Below, piece by piece: positions 17,452-28,670 of a stretch of 64,000 nt of DNA. Made by a program: the position numbers and the translations under genes. The notes under the pieces are model-generated. The model was not told the DNA's origin. It did no database searches and saw only the letters and a list, made by a program, of their open reading frames with translations. The DNA comes from a virus (Duplodnaviria > Caudoviricetes). Each line of letters opens with the position of its first letter. The first letter of the stretch is position 1. The stretch lies in the IMG/VR virus record IMGVR_UViG_3300016649_000355, one strand, 5' to 3'.

Positions 17452-20409
17452 TCAAGTTAAAATGTATGATGCTACTAGATTTACCACAGCATTCGCACTA
17501 TTAGAACTAGCATATACTGTGACATTTCCTGTACCGACATCAACATTGCTACCTATTTCTATTATGTCTGCTGTGACATTAGAACATACAGAACCGTAAA
17601 TCGTGATGTAAGAATCTGCGTTATCATGAACTAATAGAGCCTCTACTGATTGGAAACCATTATCACCTGATGCGCTGAACACATATTTCGCAGTTCTGAA
17701 TGCCGATGTTGCGAATTCATCAAGTACTGTGTTTGTTGTCACAGATACATTACTACGGTTACTTGTAAGACCCTTGTTCAATCTAGCATACTGTGCAGTA
17801 ATATTGCCAGATGTTGTTAGGCTCGTTAATGTACCGACACTAGTGATATTTGGCTGAGCATTAGTTGTTAATGTACCTGTTACATAATTCGCTACTGCTA
17901 AGTTACCTAGATTAGCATTAGCAGCAATCAAGTTGCCACTGAAGTTTGCTGTGTTACCGGTTAAATCTAAGTTAACACTTGCATTTCCGCTAACCACTAA
18001 GTTAGATGCGATATTAGCAAAGTTAGCTGTTACTAAGTTACCAAGATTACCATTAGCAGCAGTCAAGTTACCACTAAAGTTCGCTACATTACCAGTTAAT
18101 GTTAAGTTAACATTTGCGTTACCGCTGATCACTACATCGTTTGCAAAGTTAGCATAATTAGCAGTGACTAAGTTACCAAGATTACCGTTAGCAGCAGTTA
18201 AGTTGCCGCTGAAGTTCGCTACATTACCTGTCAGTGTTAGATTGACATTAGCATTACCAGTAATAACTACATCATTTGCGAAATTAGCAAAGTTAGCAAG
18301 TACTAAGTTACCAAGATTACCATTAGCAGCAATTAAGTTACCACTGAAGTTTGCTGTGTTGCCTGTCAATGCTAAGTTTACTGTGATATTATTGGATCTG
18401 ATAGTACTCGTTACATCAACCAAATTAGCCTCAACTAAGTTTCCAAGATTAGCATTTGCAGCAATTAGGTTACCACTGAAGTTTGCCGTGTTACCTGATA
18501 AGAAACCTGTGATCGTAAGGTTAGCTAGGTTACCAAGACTTGTGATGTTTGGCTGTGCTGCTGTTGTTAATGTACCTGTCAATAAATTAGCACTGATCGT
18601 GCCAGAGTTAGCGTACACATTACCAGATGTTGTATTACCGGTAACTGCTAGATTGCCTAATGTACCTACGCTTGTTAAGCTTGATGTTACAACGCTTGAA
18701 TTTAATGTTGTGCCTGTCAAGTTAGCAGCGTTTGCTGCTATAGCAGTATTACTTGCTGCTGTCAACTGACCTTGCTGATTTACAGTGAAAGTAGCTACAT
18801 AATCACCATTACCATATGAACCTGCAGTTACCGCAGTGTTAGAAATACTGAATACGGTACCAGTTAATGTTAAACCTGTACCTGCTGTATATGTTCCTGC
18901 ACCCGCAAATTGTGTGAATACAATGTTTGTTGTGCCAACTGTTACAGGGGCATTTGTGATACATACCCAACCTGTATCAGCCATTGTAGCACCCGCCTCA
19001 ACGAACACGAATGCTCCTGGAATCTCGCTTCCGGGTGCCCCATCAAAGTCATTTGCTCTTGTTAGAACGAATGCTGTGCTTCCGTCACCAACTGTTGTAA
19101 CAACATAGATACCATTATATGGCTGATTGGTAGATGTTTCATTCTTGATCAAGACTCTTGCATTTGCCGAAGGACTGCTACCATCAATACTGAGTGCACC
19201 AAATGCGTTAGCTGTGATTGTTGCCCCAACACCACTTGTACCGTTATTATATGTAAATGCTGGAAGTGCTGCTGCTGTAGCATACTCTACTGATGCTTTA
19301 GGATCTAGACCTTGTGCTACTTCATCAACATATAATTTTGTTGCTGCATCGGTTGATGCTGTAGGTGTACCAATATTTGAAACTTTTGCACCGTATGTAT
19401 CTACGAAACCTGTACCATTTGGCTTCAATGTAATATTAGTATTTGAACCTGCTGCTGTGATTGTAACGCCTGTAGTTTTACCAGCAATCAAATCAGTAAC
19501 TATATTTGCATTTGTTGTGATATTGCCAACAACATCTAAGTAGCTTAAATTGCCAACTGTAGTGATGTTTGGCTGTGCATTTGTTGTCAATGTACCTGTT
19601 AAGAAGCTAGCACTTAATAAATTAGCACCACTCAACTGACTTGAGTTACCACTCATCGTGATGTTGCCATTAGCAGCAATAGTTAATGATGTCAAGTTAC
19701 CAACGCTTGTGATGTTTGGCTGTGCTGCTGTTGTTAATGTGCCTGTCAATAAATTAGCACCGATCGTGCCAGAGTTAGCATAGACATTGGCTGCGATCAC
19801 ATTACCACTAAAGTTTGCTGTGTTACCAGTTAATAATAAGCTGATGTTAGCATTTCCAGTAACAACTAAATCATTTGCTAAATTAGCAAAATTTGCAGTT
19901 ACTAAGTTGCCTAAATTTGCATTATTTGTTACTAAATTACCCAACAATGTTAAAACATTGCTTGTGCTATTGAATGTAAAAGCATTAGAACCACCAAAGT
20001 TACCATTATTATTGAATTGAACATCTGTGTTGCTTCCACCTGTTTGCTGGAAGTCGATGGGTGAACCATTGGCATGATAATAGTTATCAGTAAATATAGC
20101 ATTAGTTGAAAGGTTACCATTAACTGTTAAACCTGTTAAGTTACCAACACTAGTTATATTTGGTTGTGCGTTTGTTGTAACTACTCCGGCAAAACTTGCA
20201 AAGTTTGCGTTTGAGATGTTTCCCGAAATGTTACCAACAATATTAGCGGCGTTGATATTTGATAGGTTCGCTCCTGAACCTATAAAGAAGTTAGCAACTA
20301 CAGCATTGCCTAAATTGGCATTAGCAGCAGTAATAAAGCTATTGGCAGCAGTAATAATGACATTACCGACTTGCAATCCATTTTTTACGACGAAATTCTT
20401 AGTTGTCAT
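17452..20409 (-). CDS. Fibre-like Asn-rich structural protein
   Basis: 985 aa: N-terminal MTTKNFVVKNGL, QPNITSVG repeats, DAATKLYVD block and C-terminal FRTAKY domain. Confidence 0.75.
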   Translation of the reverse strand: MTTKNFVVKNGLQVGNVIITAANSFITAANANLGNAVVANFFIGSGANLSNINAANIVGNISGNISNANFASFAGVVTTNAQPNITSVGNLTGLTVNGNLSTNAIFTDNYYHANGSPIDFQQTGGSNTDVQFNNNGNFGGSNAFTFNSTSNVLTLLGNLVTNNANLGNLVTANFANLANDLVVTGNANISLLLTGNTANFSGNVIAANVYANSGTIGANLLTGTLTTAAQPNITSVGNLTSLTIAANGNITMSGNSSQLSGANLLSASFLTGTLTTNAQPNITTVGNLSYLDVVGNITTNANIVTDLIAGKTTGVTITAAGSNTNITLKPNGTGFVDTYGAKVSNIGTPTASTDAATKLYVDEVAQGLDPKASVEYATAAALPAFTYNNGTSGVGATITANAFGALSIDGSSPSANARVLIKNETSTNQPYNGIYVVTTVGDGSTAFVLTRANDFDGAPGSEIPGAFVFVEAGATMADTGWVCITNAPVTVGTTNIVFTQFAGAGTYTAGTGLTLTGTVFSISNTAVTAGSYGNGDYVATFTVNQQGQLTAASNTAIAANAANLTGTTLNSSVVTSSLTSVGTLGNLAVTGNTTSGNVYANSGTISANLLTGTLTTAAQPNITSLGNLANLTITGFLSGNTANFSGNLIAANANLGNLVEANLVDVTSTIRSNNITVNLALTGNTANFSGNLIAANGNLGNLVLANFANFANDVVITGNANVNLTLTGNVANFSGNLTAANGNLGNLVTANYANFANDVVISGNANVNLTLTGNVANFSGNLTAANGNLGNLVTANFANIASNLVVSGNASVNLDLTGNTANFSGNLIAANANLGNLAVANYVTGTLTTNAQPNITSVGTLTSLTTSGNITAQYARLNKGLTSNRSNVSVTTNTVLDEFATSAFRTAKYVFSASGDNGFQSVEALLVHDNADSYITIYGSVCSNVTADIIEIGSNVDVGTGNVTVYASSNSANAVVNLVASYILT

Positions 20410-20429
20410 TGTTTTTATCCTTTGTTATA

Positions 20430-21902
20430 TTAATCGGGCACATATGTGCCCATTAGATTCAAACTAGTATTTGCCCCCACCCCGGTGGCGATCAACTCTA
20501 CATTCCCTGAACTTACTGCTGTACTCATTGTCACCAATTCATTTCCGGTTGTTGACAAGCTTCCATAAACTGTTATAACACTATTTATGTCGTCGTGTAC
20601 TAAAAGCACTTCTAACGCTTGATATCCTAGATCACTGGAAACCTTTAAGGTATACTTCGCTGATCTAAATTCACTTATACCAAACGAATCAACAACTGTG
20701 TTTGATGTCACTGCTACAGGACTTCTCTGGCTGTAAAGGTCACTCACCTTTAAGTTTACAATAGATGCTGTACCAGAAATATTTGCATTTCCTGTGATTA
20801 CAGCTCCACTATTTGCTAGTACCAAGACATTACTTGTGCCTGCCACAGATATAGAAATATTGCCATTTGCAACAGGAGTAATACTAGTATTTCCATTCGT
20901 TAAATTTGCAGTCACGGATGGTACCGTGATAGCATTAGCGGTTATAGATGCGTTACCTAAGCTTATCGTATTCGCTGAAATATTTGCATTACCTAAAGTA
21001 ATAGTATTCGCTGAGATATTTGCATTTCCCAATGTTATTGAGGTATTAGAAATTACAGCATTACCTACTGTGACATTGCTACTGGATATTGCTGTGTTTC
21101 CAACGCTGATGGTATTTTGTGTTATATTAGCATCACCTAATGTGATGGCATTAGTTGATACAACAGCATTACCAATAGTGATATTACTACTAGAGATTGC
21201 TGTGTTACCAACACTGATAGTGTTAGGTGTAATATTTGCATTACCTAAAGTGATCGAATTAGTAGAAACTACCGCATTTCCGATAGTTATATTGCTGCTT
21301 GATATAGCTGTATTCCCAAGACTGATGCTATTAGAAGTGATGTTTGCATTACCGATCGATATTGAGTTTGAAGTGATGTTCGCGTTACCTAGCGTTATGC
21401 TGTTACTTGATACTACAGCATTTCCCACAGTAAGATTGCTGCTTGATAAAGCTGTGTTACCAACAGAAATAGTGTTTGCTGTTATGTTAGCGTTGCCTAA
21501 TGTTATTGAATTATTAGAAACTACAGCATTTCCCACTGTGACATTACTACTAGAAATTGCAGTATTTCCCACAGCGATCAAATTTGGGCTAATATTACTG
21601 TCACCAACTTTAAGATCATTATTACTGACTACTGTATTGCCGACTTGAATATTAGAACTCGATACAACAGTGTTGCCAATAACTAGATTAGCATTTGAAA
21701 TAGCGGTATTACCCACAGTGACGGTGTTTGCTCCGATAGTGGTATTACCAGTAGTTACTTGAGCATTTGATGTTACAACATTAGCTACATTACTAAGAGT
21801 TTGATTTATCTTAGTCCATGATCTGAATACAGAATTATATCTGTAGGTATAAGTACCATCGCTGTAAGTTTGATTGTTGGTTGGGTTAGTTGGAAATGGC
21901 AT
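20430..21902 (-). CDS. Structural protein with 23 x 12-aa beta-repeats
   Basis: 490 aa: MPFPTNPTNNQTY N-terminal motif, GNxxIS/TxNxIT(L/V) repeats and C-terminal FRSAKY domain. Confidence 0.75.
   Translation of the reverse strand: MPFPTNPTNNQTYSDGTYTYRYNSVFRSWTKINQTLSNVANVVTSNAQVTTGNTTIGANTVTVGNTAISNANLVIGNTVVSSSNIQVGNTVVSNNDLKVGDSNISPNLIAVGNTAISSSNVTVGNAVVSNNSITLGNANITANTISVGNTALSSSNLTVGNAVVSSNSITLGNANITSNSISIGNANITSNSISLGNTAISSSNITIGNAVVSTNSITLGNANITPNTISVGNTAISSSNITIGNAVVSTNAITLGDANITQNTISVGNTAISSSNVTVGNAVISNTSITLGNANISANTITLGNANISANTISLGNASITANAITVPSVTANLTNGNTSITPVANGNISISVAGTSNVLVLANSGAVITGNANISGTASIVNLKVSDLYSQRSPVAVTSNTVVDSFGISEFRSAKYTLKVSSDLGYQALEVLLVHDDINSVITVYGSLSTTGNELVTMSTAVSSGNVELIATGVGANTSLNLMGTYVPD
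20922..21749 (-). repeat. 23 tandem 36-nt (12-aa) coding repeats
   Basis: Counted in the translation from GNTTIGANTVTV to GNASITANAITV. Confidence 0.85.
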
Positions 21903-21911
21903 GTTTATCCC

Positions 21912-23174
21912 TTAGAAGCTTGGTGGTAAGAAGTCATAAAAGTAATCACTGGTACCATCTGTGACCCACATATATAGTCTTTGAAAATTGTTGGGTGTAT
22001 CAATATAGAAAAATATGTCACCGTAGTTAATCACATTAAAGTCAGGGGGTGTATTTCCATAATAAAATTGTGTGGCCCATGATGTGGAATTACCATTTGA
22101 CACAAGAACCTGTCCTTTGCTGCCTGTTGAATTGCCCACATGAATGGCTGTGTTTGCCGCGAGCGTTAGATTACCGGTGAGTGTGATGGGTCCCCCAACA
22201 GTTAATAAATTGGTTGAGGAATTAAATGTTAAATTCGCTGAACCTCCGAATGCACCATTACTATTAAATTGAACTTGATTGTTAGATCCGCCTGCGTTTG
22301 CAAATGTATAAGGTGAGCCATTTGCATAATAAATATTATCTGTTTTTAATCCCGATACTGCAACATTTACTGATGAAAAGTTAGCAAGATTATTTGTAAG
22401 TACTGCTACCGTTGTATTATTAGCAACCAATTCGATATTGCTTGTGTGCGTAGCGACCCTAGAATTACCATTCGCAATCTTAGAAGAGTCTGCCTCAGTG
22501 TTTCCAATAACAACAAATCTTCCACCATCAGGATTTTGTAATGTGAGATTACCACCACTTGTTGTAGATAATTGAGCATTGCCTATATATATGGTATTAC
22601 CTGCAAGATATAGATCATTCCATTTATTCGTAGCACTTCCTAAATTATATGTAGTATTTGCTGCAGGAATGACATTTCCTGAAACATTAATGTTTCCGGG
22701 AACTGCCATGTTACCTGAAACTTGATCGAAAGTAAATCCGGTATTGCCTGTGGGAACATCATCTACGCTGAAAAATATTTCTCCTGTCTGTTCTGAATCG
22801 ATTGGTGTCCCTAACTCGATGAGATAACCATCAACTACTAATTCGCCATCAATGGTGATTGGATAAGAATATAAACCTTGAAATTTATCGGGAACGATAT
22901 AAGAATTTCCCACATCGATCTGATATGGCATAGGTGCAGCGATGTTTCCACCTGTGTCTACTGTACCAAAACTTAAAACACCATTTCCATCAGTAATAAT
23001 GGCCTGACCATTACTACCACCTGAAATCGTGATATTTGCGATATTTCCTAGATTACTTAGATTTGCTACTACTAAATTTGAAGCAGCGACATCACCATTT
23101 GCATAGATTACATCAATTTGAGGATCATTTCCAACTGAGAATCCTTGAATCGAATTTAAAGGTCTTAATGCCAT
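21912..23174 (-). CDS. Fibre-like structural protein
   Basis: 420 aa: N-terminal MALRPLNSIQGFSVG and a GGSNNQVQFN module shared with neighbouring genes. Confidence 0.7.
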   Translation of the reverse strand: MALRPLNSIQGFSVGNDPQIDVIYANGDVAASNLVVANLSNLGNIANITISGGSNGQAIITDGNGVLSFGTVDTGGNIAAPMPYQIDVGNSYIVPDKFQGLYSYPITIDGELVVDGYLIELGTPIDSEQTGEIFFSVDDVPTGNTGFTFDQVSGNMAVPGNINVSGNVIPAANTTYNLGSATNKWNDLYLAGNTIYIGNAQLSTTSGGNLTLQNPDGGRFVVIGNTEADSSKIANGNSRVATHTSNIELVANNTTVAVLTNNLANFSSVNVAVSGLKTDNIYYANGSPYTFANAGGSNNQVQFNSNGAFGGSANLTFNSSTNLLTVGGPITLTGNLTLAANTAIHVGNSTGSKGQVLVSNGNSTSWATQFYYGNTPPDFNVINYGDIFFYIDTPNNFQRLYMWVTDGTSDYFYDFLPPSF

Positions 23175-23190
23175 ATATTTTTCCTATTTT

Positions 23191-26100
23191 TTATATAGTT
23201 CTATATTGTGTTATCCAAATGGTACTGTTACTGCTGCTAGGAGTTACTTGCAGTGCTACATTCCCTGCTGATATATTTATCGCCAATGTGCCAGGACTGC
23301 TTCCTAAGAACGCAGAACCGTAAATTGAATAATCAGCGGATGTACCGTCTGTGACGGTCTGCACGGTTGCGATAGAATATTTTGCACCTGCTGCGTCTAT
23401 GCCTTTAACTAAGAATTCTATTCCGGTTACATTGGCTACCGGAAACTCAGCAATAGTTTGATTAGCTGTAATGGATGTCGTAGTGACATTGCCCCATCCG
23501 ATAACGCTATTACCTATAGATACTATGTTATTGGATGCTAAGTTATTTGCTGTTAGATTTCTTGCAAAAAGAACATTTCCTGAGAAATTAGCGGTATTTC
23601 CAGAAAGTTCTAAATTGACCGATACATTGTTTGAAACAACATTGTTTGAAACAATATTGCTTGCGATGTTTGCAAAATTAGCAGTAACTAAATTACCAAG
23701 ATTTGCATTTAATGCAGAATTGATATTACCTGTGAAGTTTGCTGTGTTACCAGCCAACTCAAGATTGACAGTAATATTATTTGATCTAATATTGCTTGTT
23801 ACATCAACAAAATTAGCCTGAACTAAATTACCAAGATTTGCATTTAATGCAGAATTGATATTGCCAGTGAAGTTTGCTGTGTTACCGGATAACTCAAGGT
23901 TGACATTGAGATTATTAACCCTGACATTACTAGTAAAATTAGCCGTGTTTCCTGCAAGTTCTAGATTAACAGTAAGGTTATTAGAAACAACATTGCTTGC
24001 AATGTTTGCGAAATTAGCCTGAACTAAATTACCAAGATTTGCGTTTAATGCAGAATTGATATTGCCGGTAAAGTTTGCGGTATTACCTGATAATTCGTAA
24101 GTTATGTTAGCATTACCTGCGTTAACGATGTTTGAGACATTCGCAGTTGGAACTGCCACTAATGTGTTGGCATTGACATTATTAGCTAATACATTTGCCC
24201 CCGCTTCTACATTACCCGTTGTTGTGAGATTTAATCCACTTACATTTGCGTTTGAGCTTATCTGTAAATTAGCTTGAATACTTCCTGCAACCGTGAGATT
24301 TCCTGTAATATTAGCAATGTTACTGATGCTTAGATTGTTTGCTGTTACATTACCGTTGCCGTTACCACTCCAAGTAATGCTCTGGAATGTAGCGTCACCG
24401 ATGTTTGGTGTCGTTAAATTCGCGCTTGCTTTGACAACGATATTACCACTTACTATGTCAGTTGTCACGCCATCGGTATTTGCGCTAATAGTAGTACCAG
24501 TAATCGCAATACCATTACCTGCTGTATAGCTGCCGGCTGCGCTGAACTGGCTAAATGCGATATTTGTGTAGCCAAATACTATCTCGCCAACTGGTGCTGT
24601 TAATACATAAGAACTTCCCGCATAACCACTACCTTGTTGAACAAAGAAATAATCGCCATATCCTAACGCATTTGTCAGTGTAGGACTATAGGTATCAGTG
24701 TCACTGGATCTTGTCAAGACCCAAGCAGCAGATCCATTACCTACTGTTGTAACTACATAGACACCGTTTTCAAATGCGTTTGTCTGTCCTTGCACTAACA
24801 CCCTATTGTTAGACGAGAGTGTTATCCCATCTATCTGTATCGCAGCGTTTGCTCCAGCATTAGTTAATGTGGCTCCTACACCAGTCAATGCTCTAGCTGT
24901 CTCAGTAAGACCTGTACCATTGGTCAATGTCGTTACTTCAGGACCAAAATATCCGTTCTTGACAGTGATAGTATCGCCAGCGGGTGTACTATAGACAAAG
25001 TATGCATTGTTGCCAGTGATACCATTAAATGAATTGTCCCATGCTAGTTCATCACCTACACTTAATCCGTGTGCTGCGCTAAACTGTATCGTCTTATTAC
25101 CCGTGATTGCTATCGTTGTCAATACGCTGCCACCATTTGCGTATGTGGCATTTAGATTTGTGACGCTTGTAACGGCTACAGCAGTGTGTATCGTAAGGCC
25201 TTGAGCAGTGCTATCGACATATTCTTTTGTAGCTGCGTCCCTCGGTTGGGTAGGATCAGCAACTTGACTTATCCTGAAGTTACTGACATTGACTGTTCCG
25301 GTACCGTTAGGTACTAAATTGATCGTACCATTAGCTCCGGCATTTATTGAAAGATCGGCAGTTGTTGCCGTGATGTTGGAGGTCTTTAAACTTCCAACAT
25401 TTGCTTCGCCGGTTACGCTAGCATTTGCCCCTACTAAGAAACCGTTAGCAGTGATGTTGCCATTTGCCAACATACTTCCTGTAGTCGCTTGTATGTTACC
25501 AGCAACCTGTAAACCTGTACCTGTCACTGTTGCGACATTGGCATTTCCTGCAACACTTATCTCTACATTGGCATTGCTGTAAATCTGAATATTACTATTA
25601 CCGTTAGCAAGAGGACCTACTAAGTTGCCTGCATTTACATTTCCCGTAACATTTAAATTGCTAGAAACATTGACGAAGTTTGCTGTTACTAAATTACCAA
25701 GATTTGCATTTAATGCAGAATTAATATTGCCTGTGAAATTAGCTGTATTGCCCGAAAGTTCTAAGTTGACTGTGAGATTACTAGTAGTAACATTACTTGC
25801 CACATTCACAAAATTTGCTGTTACTAAATTACCAAGATTTGCGTTTAATGCAGAATTGATGTTGCCGGTAAAGTTAGCTGTGTTACCTGATAACTCAAGA
25901 TTGACAGTGAGATTACTTGTTGTTACATTACTTGCTACATTAACAAAGTTAGCTTGAACTAAATTACCAAGATTTGCATTTAATGCAGAATTGATGTTGC
26001 CGGTAAAGTTAGCTGTGTTACCTGATAACTCAAGATTGACAGTGAGATTACTTGTTGTTATATTGCTTGCTACATTTACAAAGTTAGCTTGAACTAAATT

Positions 26101-28668
26101 ACCAAGATTTGCATTTAATGCAGAATTGATATTACCTGTGAAGTTGGCTGTATTACCTGCAAGTTCTAGATTGACAGTGAGATTATTAACCCTCACATTA
26201 CCAGCAAAATTGGCTGTATTACCTGATAACTCAAGATTTATATTGGCATTATTAGCAATTATATTACTTGCTATATTAGCAAAGTTTGCTACTACTAAAT
26301 TACCTAGATTAGCGTTATTAGCGTTTACATTTCCTCCTATAGTAAGATCATCGCTTACAGCAGTTAATGTTATATTACCAAGATAGATCGTGCTATTTGC
26401 TAGATATATGTCTTTAAAACGGTTAGTGTTATTACCTAGATCATATGTGATATTTGCGTTTGGTGTAATGTTACCGGCGACCACTAATCCATTTAATGTA
26501 CCAACACTGGTGATGTTATTCTGCGCGTTGGTTAATAGCGTACCAGTTATATTATTAGCAAGAATATTTCCAGTTACAGATAAATTATTTGTCGATGGAT
26601 CAAAAGTAAAGTTAGCACTAGCACCAAAATCTCCATTAGCATTGTACTGAACCTGATTGTTTGACCCAGCAGGTTGCTGGAAATCGACCGGGACGCCATT
26701 TCCATAGTAGTAATTATTAGTCCATATACCATTAGGTTTGATGTTGCCAATTACAACTACTTCATTATTTGATGCATTGCTTGAATCACCCGAGATAGTT
26801 ATAACATTGGTACCTGCAGCAGCGACAGTAATGTTTGCATTTGCTGTAATAGAAATATTACTATTGCCATTATAAACTAAAGGTGTTCTAACACTGTTAG
26901 AGAAGTTTGCTGTATTACCTGCAAGTTCTAAATTAACAGCTAGATTGCTTGTTGTTACATTACTTGCTACATTAACAAAGTTGGCTTGAACTAAGTTACC
27001 AAGATTTGCGTTTAATGCAGAATTGATGTTGCCGGTAAAGTTCGCTGTGTTACCTGCAAGTTCAAGATTTACTGTTAGATTAGGAACTACAACATTACCA
27101 CTGAAGTTAGCCGTGTTGCCTGTTAGAGATAGATTAACAGTTATATTATTGGATCTAACATTACTTGCCACATCAACAAAGTTAGCCTGTGCTAAGTTAC
27201 CTAAATTAGCATTTAATGATGTTATATTACCGCTAAAATTACCTGTATTTGCTTCTAAAGCATTTGTAACGCTTACATTATTAGCATTGGCTATATTACC
27301 TGTTACTGATAGATTGCCACCAAAATATCCGTTTCCTGTTACACCGATACCACCATTGGCCTGAATTACACCTGTAGTTGTATTTGATGCGTTTGTATTA
27401 AGTATGTCAACTTTGACAATATTGCCTAAACCAGATCCTGGGTTAGTGAATATAAATGCATTAGCTTCGGAAAATCCAACACTATTTCCACTTACATTAC
27501 CTTGAATACTTAGTTTACCCCAATTGTTGCTATTAGCATAATCTCCAGCAACAATATTGACTCCTGTAGACGCACTATTATTCCATCCGCCCCTGATCTC
27601 AACCTGCGTATTTGAATTGTTTACTATCTGATTTTCGCCAGTACCACCTAACAGTAGACTACCATTCAATGATAAATTGTTTGTAGATGGGTCGAAAGCA
27701 AAGTTTGCGCTAGCTCCGAAATCACCATTAGCATTGTATTGTATCTGATTATTTGATCCTGCTGCCTGTTGAAAATCTACAGGAGCTCCATTTCCATAGT
27801 AATAATTATTTGTAAGTATTCCACCAACCGATATATTACCTGTTACATTACTATTACCATTTACTGTTAGTAAATTAGAAGCATAATCAAAAGTAAATGC
27901 ATTGCTACCTACAGCAGAACCATTGGCACTATACACAACTTGCGTATTAGCAGCAGCAATTGTTACATTACCTGAAAAGTTACCTTGAAAGTAAGGTGCT
28001 ACAATGTTAGCTGAAGAGTTTACCACTCCAGTACCATTGGGAGCGAGTTCTATATTTGCATTACCAACAATTGTAGATATCGTTACATTATCAAATTTAA
28101 GATTGCCGATCGTGACATTGCTGGGTAGGTTTGTGACACCCGTTTTACCGATATATCTGTAACCAACAATATATAACACTTTGCCTGCGGTCAATGCTGC
28201 AGGAATAGTTTCACCGATAAAATTCAATACACCTGATTGATAATTGTAGTACCATTGACCCGTGCCGCCTGATCCATCAGCAAATATCTGTGTACCTGAT
28301 ACTGTTGGGTTGGCTACTCCAGAGTTATCTACCCATACTTGTACTTGATATGTTGACCCAAACTCAGTTGGAATCCAGTATGTTAAATTAGTTTTCCATG
28401 TTGGATATATGCTTCCAATGGGTACTGTTGTGTTGTCTGCCACACACTCTACCGCATTGGCGCCGGTATATGCTTGTACAATTCCTGCTGTGGCGGCTGC
28501 TGTTCCTGGTATTTGATCAGCCTGAGTCCATGCAGTATCACCCCTATTCAATAATGGGCTAGGAATAGACTCGTTGCTGGGGCTCTTATTTGTTTCCGTA
28601 TCAGTTTTAGTGACACCGAATGCCTGTTTGTATAGTAAGTCAATTATTTGATCATTAGATACGGCCAT
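23191..28668 (-). CDS. Very long fibre-like structural protein
   Basis: 1825 aa, Asn-rich, with 45-aa repeats, a DAATKEYVD/NRVLVQGQ..ENGVYVVT block and a C-terminal beta domain. Confidence 0.75.
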   Translation of the reverse strand: MAVSNDQIIDLLYKQAFGVTKTDTETNKSPSNESIPSPLLNRGDTAWTQADQIPGTAAATAGIVQAYTGANAVECVADNTTVPIGSIYPTWKTNLTYWIPTEFGSTYQVQVWVDNSGVANPTVSGTQIFADGSGGTGQWYYNYQSGVLNFIGETIPAALTAGKVLYIVGYRYIGKTGVTNLPSNVTIGNLKFDNVTISTIVGNANIELAPNGTGVVNSSANIVAPYFQGNFSGNVTIAAANTQVVYSANGSAVGSNAFTFDYASNLLTVNGNSNVTGNISVGGILTNNYYYGNGAPVDFQQAAGSNNQIQYNANGDFGASANFAFDPSTNNLSLNGSLLLGGTGENQIVNNSNTQVEIRGGWNNSASTGVNIVAGDYANSNNWGKLSIQGNVSGNSVGFSEANAFIFTNPGSGLGNIVKVDILNTNASNTTTGVIQANGGIGVTGNGYFGGNLSVTGNIANANNVSVTNALEANTGNFSGNITSLNANLGNLAQANFVDVASNVRSNNITVNLSLTGNTANFSGNVVVPNLTVNLELAGNTANFTGNINSALNANLGNLVQANFVNVASNVTTSNLAVNLELAGNTANFSNSVRTPLVYNGNSNISITANANITVAAAGTNVITISGDSSNASNNEVVVIGNIKPNGIWTNNYYYGNGVPVDFQQPAGSNNQVQYNANGDFGASANFTFDPSTNNLSVTGNILANNITGTLLTNAQNNITSVGTLNGLVVAGNITPNANITYDLGNNTNRFKDIYLANSTIYLGNITLTAVSDDLTIGGNVNANNANLGNLVVANFANIASNIIANNANINLELSGNTANFAGNVRVNNLTVNLELAGNTANFTGNINSALNANLGNLVQANFVNVASNITTSNLTVNLELSGNTANFTGNINSALNANLGNLVQANFVNVASNVTTSNLTVNLELSGNTANFTGNINSALNANLGNLVTANFVNVASNVTTSNLTVNLELSGNTANFTGNINSALNANLGNLVTANFVNVSSNLNVTGNVNAGNLVGPLANGNSNIQIYSNANVEISVAGNANVATVTGTGLQVAGNIQATTGSMLANGNITANGFLVGANASVTGEANVGSLKTSNITATTADLSINAGANGTINLVPNGTGTVNVSNFRISQVADPTQPRDAATKEYVDSTAQGLTIHTAVAVTSVTNLNATYANGGSVLTTIAITGNKTIQFSAAHGLSVGDELAWDNSFNGITGNNAYFVYSTPAGDTITVKNGYFGPEVTTLTNGTGLTETARALTGVGATLTNAGANAAIQIDGITLSSNNRVLVQGQTNAFENGVYVVTTVGNGSAAWVLTRSSDTDTYSPTLTNALGYGDYFFVQQGSGYAGSSYVLTAPVGEIVFGYTNIAFSQFSAAGSYTAGNGIAITGTTISANTDGVTTDIVSGNIVVKASANLTTPNIGDATFQSITWSGNGNGNVTANNLSISNIANITGNLTVAGSIQANLQISSNANVSGLNLTTTGNVEAGANVLANNVNANTLVAVPTANVSNIVNAGNANITYELSGNTANFTGNINSALNANLGNLVQANFANIASNVVSNNLTVNLELAGNTANFTSNVRVNNLNVNLELSGNTANFTGNINSALNANLGNLVQANFVDVTSNIRSNNITVNLELAGNTANFTGNINSALNANLGNLVTANFANIASNIVSNNVVSNNVSVNLELSGNTANFSGNVLFARNLTANNLASNNIVSIGNSVIGWGNVTTTSITANQTIAEFPVANVTGIEFLVKGIDAAGAKYSIATVQTVTDGTSADYSIYGSAFLGSSPGTLAINISAGNVALQVTPSSSNSTIWITQYRTI
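25665..26200 (-). repeat. Four tandem 135-nt (45-aa) coding repeats
   Basis: The anchor actaaattaccaagatttgc recurs at 25688, 25823, 25958 and 26093, with related dispersed copies near 23690-24040 and 26990. Confidence 0.88.
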
Positions 28669-28670
28669 AA

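Noticed and set aside
14173-18903. Diversity-generating retroelement TR/VR pair
   Set aside because: Mismatches are mostly synonymous and not adenine-specific, neither copy is at a C-terminus, and no reverse transcriptase is in the window.
20436-20451. Perfect 16-bp palindrome GGGCACATATGTGCCC
   Set aside because: It lies within the last codons (MGTYVP) of a CDS, has no U tract and occurs once, so it could be chance.
15140-26200. CRISPR-like array from regularly spaced repeats
   Set aside because: The repeat units are multiples of 3 (36, 51 and 135 nt), lie in-frame in long ORFs and have no unique spacers; no cas genes are present.
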